Assembly: GCF_000017845.1 (NCBI RefSeq)
Contig: NC_010546.1
Coordinates: 2,130,001 to 2,162,000, forward strand
Reading direction: 5' to 3'
Length of the DNA stretch: 32,000 nt
DNA from: Crocosphaera subtropica ATCC 51142
GTDB lineage: Bacteria > Cyanobacteriota > Cyanobacteriia > Cyanobacteriales > Microcystaceae
The position numbers were made by a program, and so were the translations under genes. Each line of letters begins with the position of its first letter. Position 1 is the stretch's first letter. The notes under the pieces are model-generated. The model did no database searches and was not told the DNA's origin. It was given only the letters and a program-made list of their open reading frames with translations. Positions 8,338 through 18,181 of this stretch are shown here, piece after piece.

Positions 8338-9618
8338 ATGAAAATTCTTATTGAAAATTCTGGCTATCCTATGACCAATATGGGTGATATTTCCATGTTA
8401 CAAGTAGCAGTATCAAGATTGCAAAGTTTATGGAATAATGCTGTAATTAGTGTTCTTACTGATCGACCTGATCTTCTAAATAAGTTTTGTCCAGGGGTTC
8501 GTCCATTATATGTTCCTTCCTTACCTTATACTGCTTTTTGGTTTCCCTGTTTATCTAATCGTTTTTATAATTTACTCCCTGGAGTCAGACCTAAACACTA
8601 TTTTGCTGAATTAGATTGGAATTTACATCAAAAATTTCCTCAATTAACTTATCCGTTGCTTGAACTAAAACTAAAAAGACTCATTCAAACTAATTCCAAA
8701 CTTAGTGCTTTTTTAACAGAAATTGAGGCAGTTGACCTGGTTGTTGCGACTGGAGGAGGATATATTACTGATAATTTTCCAGAAAAAACCCATAGAACAT
8801 TAACAATTCTCAACTTAGCTACGTGGCTGAACAAACCAACCATTATGTTAGGTCAAGGTTTGGGACCATTGAAAAGTCAGAATTTGTTGACCAAAGCAAA
8901 ATTAGTATTACCTCGTGTTAATTTAATTGCCTTACGAGAAGGTAGAGCAGGAATTCCATTACTTAAGTCTCTAGGCGTGTCTGATGAAAAGGTTATTGTA
9001 ACAGGAGATGATGCTATTGAGTTAGCCTTTCAAGCTCGAAGTCAGCAACTAGGGAATGGGATTGGCATTAATCTGAGAGTGGCAGATTATTCTATGGTTG
9101 ATAATGATTGTTTTGAACAAGTTAAAATGGCTTTTCGCGAGATTGCTATACAAAAAAATGTTCCTCTAATTCCAATTCCTATTGCTCATGATCCATATAA
9201 GGAAAATGATCCTCAAGCAATTCAAAAATTGCTGGCAGGGTTTGATGACTATTCGGATGGCGGTCAAACTATTGATACGCCACTCAAAGTTATTCAGCAA
9301 GTTCAAAAATGCCGTGTTGTTGTCACTGGAAGCTATCATGCTGGAGTATTTGCACTTTCCCAAGGAATTCCTATTGTTGGACTAGCAAAATCCCAATACT
9401 ATAAAAATAAATTTTTAGGATTAGCAGAACAATTTGAATCTGGCTGTCAAATTTGTTTGATAAAACCAGACAATTTAAAATACGAATTAATAACGGCAAT
9501 AAATCAAGCATGGATATTAGCAGAAGAAGTTAAAAATACTTTGTTAGAATCGGCTCACAAACAAATCAAGCAAGGTCATTTGGTTTATCAAAAAATTCAT
9601 AATACATTTATCGTTTAG
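8338..9618 (+). CDS. Polysaccharide pyruvyl transferase family protein
   Basis: PS_pyruv_trans-like motifs VVATGGGYITDNF and VVVTGSYHAGVFALSQGIPIVGL, in a glycan-cluster context. Confidence 0.75.
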   Translation: MKILIENSGYPMTNMGDISMLQVAVSRLQSLWNNAVISVLTDRPDLLNKFCPGVRPLYVPSLPYTAFWFPCLSNRFYNLLPGVRPKHYFAELDWNLHQKFPQLTYPLLELKLKRLIQTNSKLSAFLTEIEAVDLVVATGGGYITDNFPEKTHRTLTILNLATWLNKPTIMLGQGLGPLKSQNLLTKAKLVLPRVNLIALREGRAGIPLLKSLGVSDEKVIVTGDDAIELAFQARSQQLGNGIGINLRVADYSMVDNDCFEQVKMAFREIAIQKNVPLIPIPIAHDPYKENDPQAIQKLLAGFDDYSDGGQTIDTPLKVIQQVQKCRVVVTGSYHAGVFALSQGIPIVGLAKSQYYKNKFLGLAEQFESGCQICLIKPDNLKYELITAINQAWILAEEVKNTLLESAHKQIKQGHLVYQKIHNTFIV

Positions 9619-9635
9619 AAAAGAATGAATTCAAA

Positions 9636-10703
9636 ATGTTCCCTAAAATTAGCATCCTGATGTCTGTTTATAATGATCAAGTTTATCTAGCAAAATCCAT
9701 AGAAAGTATTCTTGAGCAAAATTTTCAAAATTTTGAATTTCTAATTGTTAATGATGGCTCAACTGATGATAGCTTACAAATTATGACAAAATATGCTGAA
9801 GAAGATGAACGCATAAAAATTATAAATAATGAACAAAACCTAGGGTTAATTGAATCCTTAAACAAAGGAATTAACGTAGCTACAGGCGAATATATTGCTC
9901 GACAAGATGCTGATGATATTTCTTTATCTAAACGCTTAGAACAACAAGTTGAATTTTTAGATAATCATCAAGATGTAGTAGCGGTAGGAACGGCTGTTGC
10001 TATTATTGACGAAGAAGACAATATCACAAAGTATAATTATCCCCCAACTAAACATGATGAGTTACAAGCATCCTTACTGCTAATTTGTGAATTTCATCAT
10101 TCTAGTATGATGCTGCGTCGTAGCTCAGTTCAGAAACTAAGAGGATATAATCAGGCAAAACCCCACGCAGAGGATTATGATTTATGGTGGCGTTTAAGTC
10201 GTTATGGAAAACTAGCTAATCTATCAGAAGTGTTAGTTAAACGTCGTTATGATAAACGTCCGAGGGTTAGTTTAAGGTATCGTCAGCCTCAGTTGGCAAA
10301 TTCCTTAGAAATCTCACTAAAAGCGGTAAAAGAAAGTTTAGCCGAGAGAAAATTAGGGAATTTAGACGAGGAAGCTTTTACGCGCCTATGGTGGACATAT
10401 CTCAGACCAATGGATGAAGAATCATATCAAAAATTTTGGCAAGCTCAACAAAGAAAAGAAGCCTGTTTAAAACCGCAAGATATCGAAAGTCTTAAGAGCT
10501 TTTGGGACTTAATTATCAAACATCCAGGAGGCGTTACCGTTTGGAACAAGCGTTTTCAATGGTTGGCCTATTATCTTTTGTCCCTCAAACAAACTCAAGT
10601 GGGATTACAATTATTTTGGGTACTTTCAACAAAGTTTAAAGTTTCTATTCCTTGGCATTCTGTGCTGAAAAAGTCCGTCGTCCCTTATTTAAGATTTATA
10701 TGA
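9636..10703 (+). CDS. Family 2 glycosyltransferase (GT-A fold)
   Basis: ISILMSVYNDQVYLAKSIESILEQNFQNFEFLIVNDGSTDDS and the ARQDADDIS (DxD) motif. Confidence 0.85.
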   Translation: MFPKISILMSVYNDQVYLAKSIESILEQNFQNFEFLIVNDGSTDDSLQIMTKYAEEDERIKIINNEQNLGLIESLNKGINVATGEYIARQDADDISLSKRLEQQVEFLDNHQDVVAVGTAVAIIDEEDNITKYNYPPTKHDELQASLLLICEFHHSSMMLRRSSVQKLRGYNQAKPHAEDYDLWWRLSRYGKLANLSEVLVKRRYDKRPRVSLRYRQPQLANSLEISLKAVKESLAERKLGNLDEEAFTRLWWTYLRPMDEESYQKFWQAQQRKEACLKPQDIESLKSFWDLIIKHPGGVTVWNKRFQWLAYYLLSLKQTQVGLQLFWVLSTKFKVSIPWHSVLKKSVVPYLRFI

Positions 10704-11938
10704 AAGTTTTACACATCAATCAATCTGATATTATGGGGGGAGCAGCGATCGCAGGTTATCGTCTCCATCAAGCTTTGTTAAATTCAGGTGTAGATTCTCG
10801 TCTTTTTGTCGCTGAAACTAATCTTGATGATCCTCGAATTAGAGAAATACCTCAAAAACGTCGCACTCAGGATTTGTTGAGGAACATTAGTGATCCCCTG
10901 GGACTCAATTTTGTGAACATTGTCAGCACCTTTCTTATGCCTCAAGATCCCTTTTTTCAAGAAGCTGAGATTGTCAATTTTCATAATATTCATCGAGGAT
11001 ATTTTAATTATTTAGCACTTCCCCAATTAACTAAGAATAAACCAGGGGTTTTTGTCCTCCATGATATGTGGACATTCACAGGACACTGTGTTTACAGTTA
11101 TGATTGCGATCGTTGGAAAATTGGCTGTGGTCAATGTCCTTATCCAGAAACTTATCCAAGTATTAATCGGGATAATACTCACGTCGAATGGCGACTCAAA
11201 CAATGGCTGTATCAACAGTCTAACTTGTCAGTTGTTTCTCCTAGTCGATGGTTAATAGAGCAAGTGCAACAGAGTCCACTGCTTCAAAATCTACCTCTTC
11301 ATCATATTCCCCATGGGATTGATACAGAAGCTTATCAACCTCTTGATCCAGAAATGTGTCGCGCTGCCTTGGGAATTCCTACTCATAAGAAAGTATTAAT
11401 GTTTGTTGCCGATCTTCTTCAAGATTATCGTAAAGGTAGCGATCTGCTCTTAGAAGCACTTTCTCAGTTACCAGACTCCTTAAAAGTAGATACAATTCTA
11501 TTAACCCTTGGCCTAGGCAGTGAAAGTTTTTGGAGTTCTTGTGGTCTTGCTAGTATCAATATGGGAGTCGTCAGGAATGATCGCCTCAAATCAGTCATTT
11601 ATTCAGCAGCCGATCTGTTTGTTTTTGCTACCCGTGCTGATATTTTTGGACTTGTTTTACAAGAAAGTATGGCTTGTGGAACTCCAATGATTTCTTTTAA
11701 AATAGGGGGAGTCCCCGATCTGGTGCGTCCAGGTATTACAGGGTACTTAGCTGAGCCTGAGAATTCTCAAGATTTATGCCAAGGGATAATTTATTTATTG
11801 GAAGATAATACCCTGCGACAACAAATGAGCCAACACTGTCGTGATATTGCTCTGAATGAATATTCTTTAGATAAACAAGCTCAACGCTATCTTGAGGTAT
11901 ATAATAAAATTTTAGGTATTGCTCCGAAATTATCATGA
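10700..11938 (+). CDS. Family 4 glycosyltransferase (GT-B fold)
   Basis: Start moved to the ATG at 10700 (MKVLHINQSDIMGGAAIAGYRL), which overlaps the upstream stop as ATGA (10700-10703). The track's 10652 start is a TTG inside the upstream gene. C-terminal GT1/GT4 motif FGLVLQESMACGTPMISFKIGGVPDLV. Confidence 0.85.
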   Translation: MKVLHINQSDIMGGAAIAGYRLHQALLNSGVDSRLFVAETNLDDPRIREIPQKRRTQDLLRNISDPLGLNFVNIVSTFLMPQDPFFQEAEIVNFHNIHRGYFNYLALPQLTKNKPGVFVLHDMWTFTGHCVYSYDCDRWKIGCGQCPYPETYPSINRDNTHVEWRLKQWLYQQSNLSVVSPSRWLIEQVQQSPLLQNLPLHHIPHGIDTEAYQPLDPEMCRAALGIPTHKKVLMFVADLLQDYRKGSDLLLEALSQLPDSLKVDTILLTLGLGSESFWSSCGLASINMGVVRNDRLKSVIYSAADLFVFATRADIFGLVLQESMACGTPMISFKIGGVPDLVRPGITGYLAEPENSQDLCQGIIYLLEDNTLRQQMSQHCRDIALNEYSLDKQAQRYLEVYNKILGIAPKLS

Positions 11939-12870
11939 CCTACACATCGAACAAATTAGCAGAAATATCATTAGTATCTGCCAACTTTGGTAATGGGTTA
12001 GCGTACAAAGACATTCTTCTTGATTGGTTTAAGTTTTTAGGAGGCAAACCTAAGGAGGTTGTCGTCGTAGATGGAGGAAGTAATCAAAAAACCCAAGAAG
12101 TTTATTGGGATCTCTATCAATACGGTTTAATTGATAAATTGCAATTGATTCAACCTAATCATCCTGATAATAATAAAGATACTTGTTATATCCAAGAATA
12201 TACAGTTGGTGCCATTAGTAGTAATCCTTATGTACTATTTTTTAAAATCGATACCTTACCTTATCGGGAAGGTCATGATGATTGGTTAGATGAAGCAATT
12301 GACTATCTTGACCGAGAAGATGTCTTTGCCATTGGTGGGTCATTTAACAAGCCATCAAAGCACCATGATGCCTTTGATGGCTGGTATTTTAGTCATAAGT
12401 GTAGTCTCAACTTTTGTTTAATGAAACGAAGCCGTTTTATGGCAGCTATGCACGAGTTTGCTAATGACTATATCTTAGCTGGTTTTACTGGGGAAAATCC
12501 AGGAGAAGCCACAAATCAAGCCAGATGGTTAGTGGAGGTCGCTTTAGAAAAATATATTCAAAATCATAATGTTTATACTCTATGTAAAGTAGAAGATAAG
12601 ACTTGGACTATTTTTCATACCAATGTACAAGGAGAACATTTAAAAGAAACTAGAGAAAGATACTTAAATCGTGAAGACATTGAACGATTTATGAATGCAG
12701 GTTTAGATGAAGGCGTTGCGACTCCTGGACAAGGAAAATATTATGGGAACTTTTATGGAAAGCCACAAATAAGTATGATAAAGCGAATCAGAATTTTCGT
12801 AGGCAAAACTCCTTTAGGCAGTTATTGGAGACGATTAAAAAAAACGGTTCTACTGAACTTAGTGTGGTAA
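11935..12870 (+). CDS. Hypothetical protein, possibly a divergent GT-A-like glycosyltransferase or glycan-modifying enzyme
   Basis: 311-aa ORF, translationally coupled (ATGA overlap at 11935-11938). EVVVVDGGSNQKTQEVY resembles the nucleotide-sugar-binding start of GT-A enzymes. I recognise no other family signature. Confidence 0.6.
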   Translation: MTYTSNKLAEISLVSANFGNGLAYKDILLDWFKFLGGKPKEVVVVDGGSNQKTQEVYWDLYQYGLIDKLQLIQPNHPDNNKDTCYIQEYTVGAISSNPYVLFFKIDTLPYREGHDDWLDEAIDYLDREDVFAIGGSFNKPSKHHDAFDGWYFSHKCSLNFCLMKRSRFMAAMHEFANDYILAGFTGENPGEATNQARWLVEVALEKYIQNHNVYTLCKVEDKTWTIFHTNVQGEHLKETRERYLNREDIERFMNAGLDEGVATPGQGKYYGNFYGKPQISMIKRIRIFVGKTPLGSYWRRLKKTVLLNLVW

Positions 12871-13115
12871 AAATCGCTCAAACCCTAACTAAGCCTGACT
12901 TGGCAAGGAATTCAGTCAAAAGCAAACTGTTAAAAACTAAAATATTTGCCCAATCAAGCTTTCAAGATGTTATTTCTAATAGTTTTACATGACAGGTTCG
13001 GTAGAACCAAAAAGACTTTTGTAAACTCTTAAAATCAAAATCGCTTATTATGACTCTACTCAAACAACTATTTATTCGCGGTTCCGCTAATCGTTATCTA
13101 TAAAAAATTCTAAAA

Positions 13116-13883
13116 ATGAATGTAGAAATGTCTCAATTTCTTATGGGAATAGGATCAGGATGTAATGTTAATTATAGCGGTGAAAAAATTGCTTTTGAAG
13201 TTTTGCGTTCAAAATCTAATGCACCTTATTGTATTTTTGATGTTGGAGCTAATCAAGGACAATTTTTACATCTTACCCTAGATAGTTTAGGAAAAGATAA
13301 TTTTAAAATTTATTGCTTTGAGCCTGGATTAAGAACATTTGAAATTCTCAAGCAAAATTCAAGACAAGATGAACGAGTTATTGTTAATAATTTGGGATTG
13401 GCACAAAAAAAGGGCGAAATGACACTATACTATGAGAAAGCTGGTTCAGGGCTCGCTTCCCTAGCAAAGAAAAAATTGGATCACTTTAACATATATTTTC
13501 AGCTAGAAGAAAACGTAAAAATTGAGACGATAGATAATTATTGTCATCAAAATTCTATTGATAAAATAGATTTATTAAAATTAGATATTGAGGGGCATGA
13601 ACTAGATTGCTTATTAGGCGCAAAAACTATGTTTGATCGCCAAGCTATTAAAATTGTAACCTTTGAATTTGGAGGATGTAATATCGATACCCGTTCCTTC
13701 TTCCAAGATTTTTATTACTTTTTTAAAGATGCTAAAATGGACATCTTTAGAATCACACCTTCGGGATATCTTCATCCTATTCGCTGCTATCAAGAAATCG
13801 ATGAGCAATTTAGAACCAGTAACTTTTTGGCTTGTTTTATAGATACTAAGAAAATAAATGAGAATAACTTTCATTATTCCTGA
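13116..13883 (+). CDS. FkbM-family SAM-dependent methyltransferase
   Basis: CIFDVGANQGQF and IDLLKLDIEGHELDCL, the typical FkbM-family pair of motifs. Confidence 0.8.
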   Translation: MNVEMSQFLMGIGSGCNVNYSGEKIAFEVLRSKSNAPYCIFDVGANQGQFLHLTLDSLGKDNFKIYCFEPGLRTFEILKQNSRQDERVIVNNLGLAQKKGEMTLYYEKAGSGLASLAKKKLDHFNIYFQLEENVKIETIDNYCHQNSIDKIDLLKLDIEGHELDCLLGAKTMFDRQAIKIVTFEFGGCNIDTRSFFQDFYYFFKDAKMDIFRITPSGYLHPIRCYQEIDEQFRTSNFLACFIDTKKINENNFHYS

Positions 13884-14964
13884 AGCCAATACCCGTGGTG
13901 GCATTCGAGTTGTGGCGATTTACGCAGAACAGTTGCAAAAACGAGGACATGATGTTTTAGTGGTGTCTCAACCCCATTCTATTCCTACGTTTCGGCAGCA
14001 ATTAAAGTCAGTTTTGAAAGGTAAAGGCCTTATTAAGCAGGAACAATCGTCTTTTTCCTATTTTGACACTTTGAATGTCCCTCATAAAATCCTTGAAAGC
14101 CGTCGTCCAGTTATTGATCAGGATATTCCTGATGGTGAGGTCGTAGTAGCAACTTGGTGGGAAACGGCTGAATGGGTTGCTAAATTGTCCCATAGTAAAG
14201 GTGCCAAAGCTTATTTTATTCAGCATCACGAAATACACCCTTACTTACCTAAAGATAGGGTAATAGCCACTTATTATTCACCTCTACATAAAATTGTTAT
14301 TGCTCGATGGCTTAAAGAGTTGATGAAAAACCAATACAATGATTTCTCTATTTCTCTAGTTCCCAATAGTGTTAATCTTGAGCAATTTCAAACAACGCCA
14401 CGACTGAAACAAGATCAACCTACTGTGGGCATGATGTCCTCAAAGCTTGACTGGAAAGGATGTGATATTGCTATTCAAGGAGTTATCCTAGCACGTCAAC
14501 AAATTTCTAACCTTAGTTTAGTCGCATTTGGCCAGGAACAACTGACCTCTGATCTAAATTTTCCTGATGATACTCAATATTTTCAACAACCTCCTCAACC
14601 TATGTTAAAAGACATTTACGCTAGATGTGATGCTTGGTTGTTCCCTAGTCGCTTAGAAGGCTTTGGCTTACCTATTCTTGAGGCAATGGCTTGTCGAACT
14701 CCTGTTATTGGCACTCCTGCTGGTGCCGCCCCTGAACTTATATCTCAAGGTGGTGGCATCTTAGTTAAACCAGAAGATCCTGAAGATATGGCAAAAGCGA
14801 TTATAGAAATAGTAAATATGTCTAATGACCAGTGGCAAGTGATGTCTAATGCAGCTTATCAAACAGCCACTAGCTACACTTGGGAAGATGCTACTGATCT
14901 CTTTGAAGAAGCTCTTTATACAGCAATAGAACGAACTAAAAATGGAGATTTAAAGGCTCAATAA
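13858..14964 (+). CDS. Family 4 glycosyltransferase (GT-B fold)
   Basis: MRITFIIPEANTRGGIRVV start and FPSRLEGFGLPILEAMACRTPVIGTPAGAAPELI (E-x7-E region). Overlaps the FkbM gene by 26 nt. Confidence 0.85.
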   Translation: MRITFIIPEANTRGGIRVVAIYAEQLQKRGHDVLVVSQPHSIPTFRQQLKSVLKGKGLIKQEQSSFSYFDTLNVPHKILESRRPVIDQDIPDGEVVVATWWETAEWVAKLSHSKGAKAYFIQHHEIHPYLPKDRVIATYYSPLHKIVIARWLKELMKNQYNDFSISLVPNSVNLEQFQTTPRLKQDQPTVGMMSSKLDWKGCDIAIQGVILARQQISNLSLVAFGQEQLTSDLNFPDDTQYFQQPPQPMLKDIYARCDAWLFPSRLEGFGLPILEAMACRTPVIGTPAGAAPELISQGGGILVKPEDPEDMAKAIIEIVNMSNDQWQVMSNAAYQTATSYTWEDATDLFEEALYTAIERTKNGDLKAQ

Positions 14965-15041
14965 GATTATTCTGTCAATATAATGTCTGATTAGCCTTTA
15001 CAATAGAGTGATATGCAAAAAATAATTAATTAAGTTAAAAC

Positions 15042-16019
15042 GTGGTTAAAGTATTAGTAACAGGGGCTGCTGGTTTTATTGGCTTTCATGTGAGTCAGAA
15101 ACTATTACATCAAGGAGAGACTATTCTTGGTATTGATAATCTTAATAGTTACTATGATGTTTTTCTAAAAAAAGCTCGTCTTAAACAGATAAAAACTTAC
15201 GAAAAATTTAGGTTTTATCAATTAGATATTGCTGACAGAAAAAGTATTTCTGAGTTATTTACTCAACATAATTTTGATTATGTTATCCACCTAGCTGCTC
15301 AAGCTGGCGTTCGTTACTCCTTGGAAAATCCTTATGCTTATGTTGATAGTAACCTAGTAGGATTTGTTAATATTCTTGAGGGATGTCGTCATCAAAACAT
15401 AAAACATTTAATGTATGCTTCATCTAGTTCAGTTTACGGAAAAAACAAGAAAATTCCTTTTTCAACTGATGATAGTGTTGATCATCCAGTTAGTTTATAT
15501 GCTGCTACCAAAAAAGCCAACGAATTAATGGCTCATACCTATAGTCATTTATACGGAATTCCCACAACAGGATTACGTTTTTTTACAGTTTATGGTCCCT
15601 GGGGTCGTCCCGATATGGCTTATTTTTTATTTACAAAAGCCATATTAGAAGAAAAACCAATCAAGGTATTTAATTATGGAAAAATGAAACGAGATTTTAC
15701 CTATATTGACGATATTGTAGAAGGAATTATTCATGTAATGAATAACATTCCTCAATCTGATAATTCATCGGTTCCGTATAAAGTTTATAATATTGGTAAT
15801 AATCAACCTGTAGAACTTGGTCACTTTATTGAAGTGCTAGAAGATTGCATTGGGAAAAAAGCTATTAAGGAGTTCCTTCCCATGCAACCAGGCGATGTCC
15901 CTATGACTTATGCTGATGTTGATGAGCTTATTAAAGATGTCGGTTTTCAACCTAATACTTCTTTGAAAACAGGATTAGAAAAATTTGTTAATTGGTATCG
16001 TGATTATTATCAATGCTAA
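15042..16019 (+). CDS. NAD-dependent nucleotide-sugar 4-epimerase (UDP-glucuronate 4-epimerase-like SDR)
   Basis: GTG start. Rossmann motif [13 protein letters not shown] and catalytic YAATKKANE (YxxxK). Length and the N-terminal [10 protein letters not shown] pattern are typical of UDP-GlcA/UDP-sugar 4-epimerases. Confidence 0.8.
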   Translation: MVKVLVTGAAGFIGFHVSQKLLHQGETILGIDNLNSYYDVFLKKARLKQIKTYEKFRFYQLDIADRKSISELFTQHNFDYVIHLAAQAGVRYSLENPYAYVDSNLVGFVNILEGCRHQNIKHLMYASSSSVYGKNKKIPFSTDDSVDHPVSLYAATKKANELMAHTYSHLYGIPTTGLRFFTVYGPWGRPDMAYFLFTKAILEEKPIKVFNYGKMKRDFTYIDDIVEGIIHVMNNIPQSDNSSVPYKVYNIGNNQPVELGHFIEVLEDCIGKKAIKEFLPMQPGDVPMTYADVDELIKDVGFQPNTSLKTGLEKFVNWYRDYYQC

Positions 16020-16052
16020 AAGTCGACAACTAAAAAATTAATAAGAAGAGTT

Positions 16053-17462
16053 ATGACTCCTCAAGCTCAATTGATTATGTTGGCGTGGTTGCCAATCGTT
16101 ATTTTTTTATTCTTACAATTTTCGCCGAGAAAAGCGGTTATTATTAGCTTTTTAGTAGCGTGGTTATTCTTACCCCAAAGGGCAGGTTTTATTATTCCAG
16201 GACTCCCAGACTATACCAGAATATCAGCTACTTGTTATAGTATCTTTTTTTTAAGTTTCTTCTTTGATTCTCAACGCTTCACACGCTTCAAATTAACATG
16301 GCTAGATTTACCCATGTTGATTTTATGTATTTGTCCTTTTTTCTCTTCTATAAGTAATGGTTTAGGCCCTTATGATGGACTATCTCAAACCCTTTCACAA
16401 ACAGTTACTTATGGTCTGCCTTATTTTATAGGTCGATTATATTTCAGTGATTTAGTTGGATTACGTCAACTCGCTATTAGTATTTTTATCAGTGGATTAA
16501 TTTATCTTCCTCTATGTTTATATGAAATTCGTATGAGTCCACAACTTCATAGAATGGTCTATGGTTATTTTGCTCATAGTTTTGCTCAAACCATTCGTTA
16601 TGGGGGATTTAGACCTACCGTTTTTATGCTGCACGGACTAGAAGTGGGGATGTGGATGATGGCTGTGACGCTTATTGGAATTTGGTTATGGCAAGCTAAA
16701 GTTATTAAAAAAGTAAGGGGAATCCCTATGCAGTGGATACTCGTAAGCCTACTTATAACGTTTGTTTTGATTAAGTCTACAGGAGCTTACGGTTATTTAG
16801 TCTTTGGCATTATCATTTTATTTATAGCTAAATGGTTTCGTAGTAATGTTCCTTTGTTGGTACTAATAATCAGCATCGCATTATATTTGGGTTTAGCATC
16901 AACTGGAAACTTTTCAACTAAAAATGCTGAACCCTTACTTACCACAATTTATAATACTGTGGGAGAAGATAGAGCAGGTTCGTTAGAGTATAGACTGGAT
17001 AATGAAGAAATACTGGTAGAAAAAGCACTGGAAAGACCCATATTTGGCTGGGGAGGTTGGGGTAGAAGTCGTGTTTATGATTATAACTGGGAAGGGGTGT
17101 TAGTTGATATTTCCACAACTGATAGTTTATGGATTATCATATATGGAGATCGTGGAATATTAGGATTAACCAGTTTATACGCTTCCTTTTTGCTTCCTGT
17201 ATTCATTTTTGCGACACGGCGTTATCCTCCTAAGTTTTGGTTTCATCCCCAAGTCGCACCGGCTGCTGTTTTATCTGTTGTGATAGTGCTTTATATGGTA
17301 GATAATACACTCAATGCCCTGCTTAATCCTATATTTATTGTAGTTAGCGGAGGTATGACAGGCTTAGTAGTACAAGTTCCTAAAAAAAGCAAAAGTGCTA
17401 AAAAGCTCAGTAGTAGATCAAACAAGATGCTACCAAAAACTTCCAGAAATACATCCTCTTGA
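16053..17462 (+). CDS. O-antigen ligase/polymerase family (Wzy_C-type) integral membrane protein
   Basis: 469 aa with more than 10 predicted TM segments and a large loop RAGSLEYRLDNEEILVEKALERPIFGWGGWG, characteristic of the WaaL/Wzy_C/ExoQ-like family. Basic C-terminal tail. Confidence 0.7.
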   Translation: MTPQAQLIMLAWLPIVIFLFLQFSPRKAVIISFLVAWLFLPQRAGFIIPGLPDYTRISATCYSIFFLSFFFDSQRFTRFKLTWLDLPMLILCICPFFSSISNGLGPYDGLSQTLSQTVTYGLPYFIGRLYFSDLVGLRQLAISIFISGLIYLPLCLYEIRMSPQLHRMVYGYFAHSFAQTIRYGGFRPTVFMLHGLEVGMWMMAVTLIGIWLWQAKVIKKVRGIPMQWILVSLLITFVLIKSTGAYGYLVFGIIILFIAKWFRSNVPLLVLIISIALYLGLASTGNFSTKNAEPLLTTIYNTVGEDRAGSLEYRLDNEEILVEKALERPIFGWGGWGRSRVYDYNWEGVLVDISTTDSLWIIIYGDRGILGLTSLYASFLLPVFIFATRRYPPKFWFHPQVAPAAVLSVVIVLYMVDNTLNALLNPIFIVVSGGMTGLVVQVPKKSKSAKKLSSRSNKMLPKTSRNTSS

Positions 17463-17504
17463 ATCAGAATGATTATAAAAACATAGATGTGCTAGTTTTT
17501 TTAT

Positions 17505-18008
17505 TTACGGACAGAATAGAGTGTCTTTAGTATTTCTGCCTGTAATTGGATTAGTTCCCTTTGCTATTTCACATAACTTCTTTTCGGTATCCAGACGCAG
17601 TAAAACGTCAGTAAAATCTGCCCCATCAATAACGGCTCCGTTAAACAAGGTATTAGTTGCAAATGCTCCTTCTAAAATAGCATTAGTAAAGTTAACGCGA
17701 ACTAATCTCGCTGACTCTAAATCAGCATATCTTAAGTCTGCCCCTTCAAAATTTGCTCCTTCTAAGTTAGAGGCAAAAAACCTTACCCCTTGTAAATTTG
17801 CATGACTAAAATTACAACCCCGTAAGTTAGCGTGTTCAAAGTCTGAATCTCGCAAATCTTGACTCGAAAAATCTCGCTCAACTAAGTTTTGTTTAGCATA
17901 ATTAACACTCCAAGCCGGAGCAATAGGCTGTAAAAAATAGATAATAGTCGATAATAGTAAGAGAACGCAAACTGTCAAGATAGTTTTATAATTGTTAATA
18001 TTAATCAT
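17505..18008 (-). CDS. Pentapeptide-repeat protein with an N-terminal signal/anchor (thylakoid-lumen or periplasmic type)
   Basis: Hydrophobic N-terminus ILTVCVLLLLSTIIYFL, followed by tandem A(N/D)LxG pentapeptides (ANLRGCNFSHANLQGVRFFASNLEGANFEGADLRYADLESARL). Confidence 0.85.
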   Translation of the reverse strand: MININNYKTILTVCVLLLLSTIIYFLQPIAPAWSVNYAKQNLVERDFSSQDLRDSDFEHANLRGCNFSHANLQGVRFFASNLEGANFEGADLRYADLESARLVRVNFTNAILEGAFATNTLFNGAVIDGADFTDVLLRLDTEKKLCEIAKGTNPITGRNTKDTLFCP

Positions 18009-18181
18009 AATTGATAATTTGACTTATCTTATACCAGTTCTCAGAAATAGTTAGATAGATTGCTTCGGATATTCTCAGTAAAAATCAAAGCTTACTGTTT
18101 ATATCACCCCTCGCAATGACCACATAAGTTTCTAATAACTTTCGAGAATTGGGATCACAATCACTATTCTACCGTAATTGG

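Noticed and set aside
9166-14238. Short ORFs inside the glycan genes (9166..9363-, 9182..9385+, 10784..10993-, 11027..11215-, 11052..11255+, 11736..11936-, 13614..13904-, 14008..14238-)
   Set aside because: They are fully embedded in, or antisense to, well-supported enzyme genes. AT-rich DNA produces such shadow ORFs, and none has a motif or an RBS.
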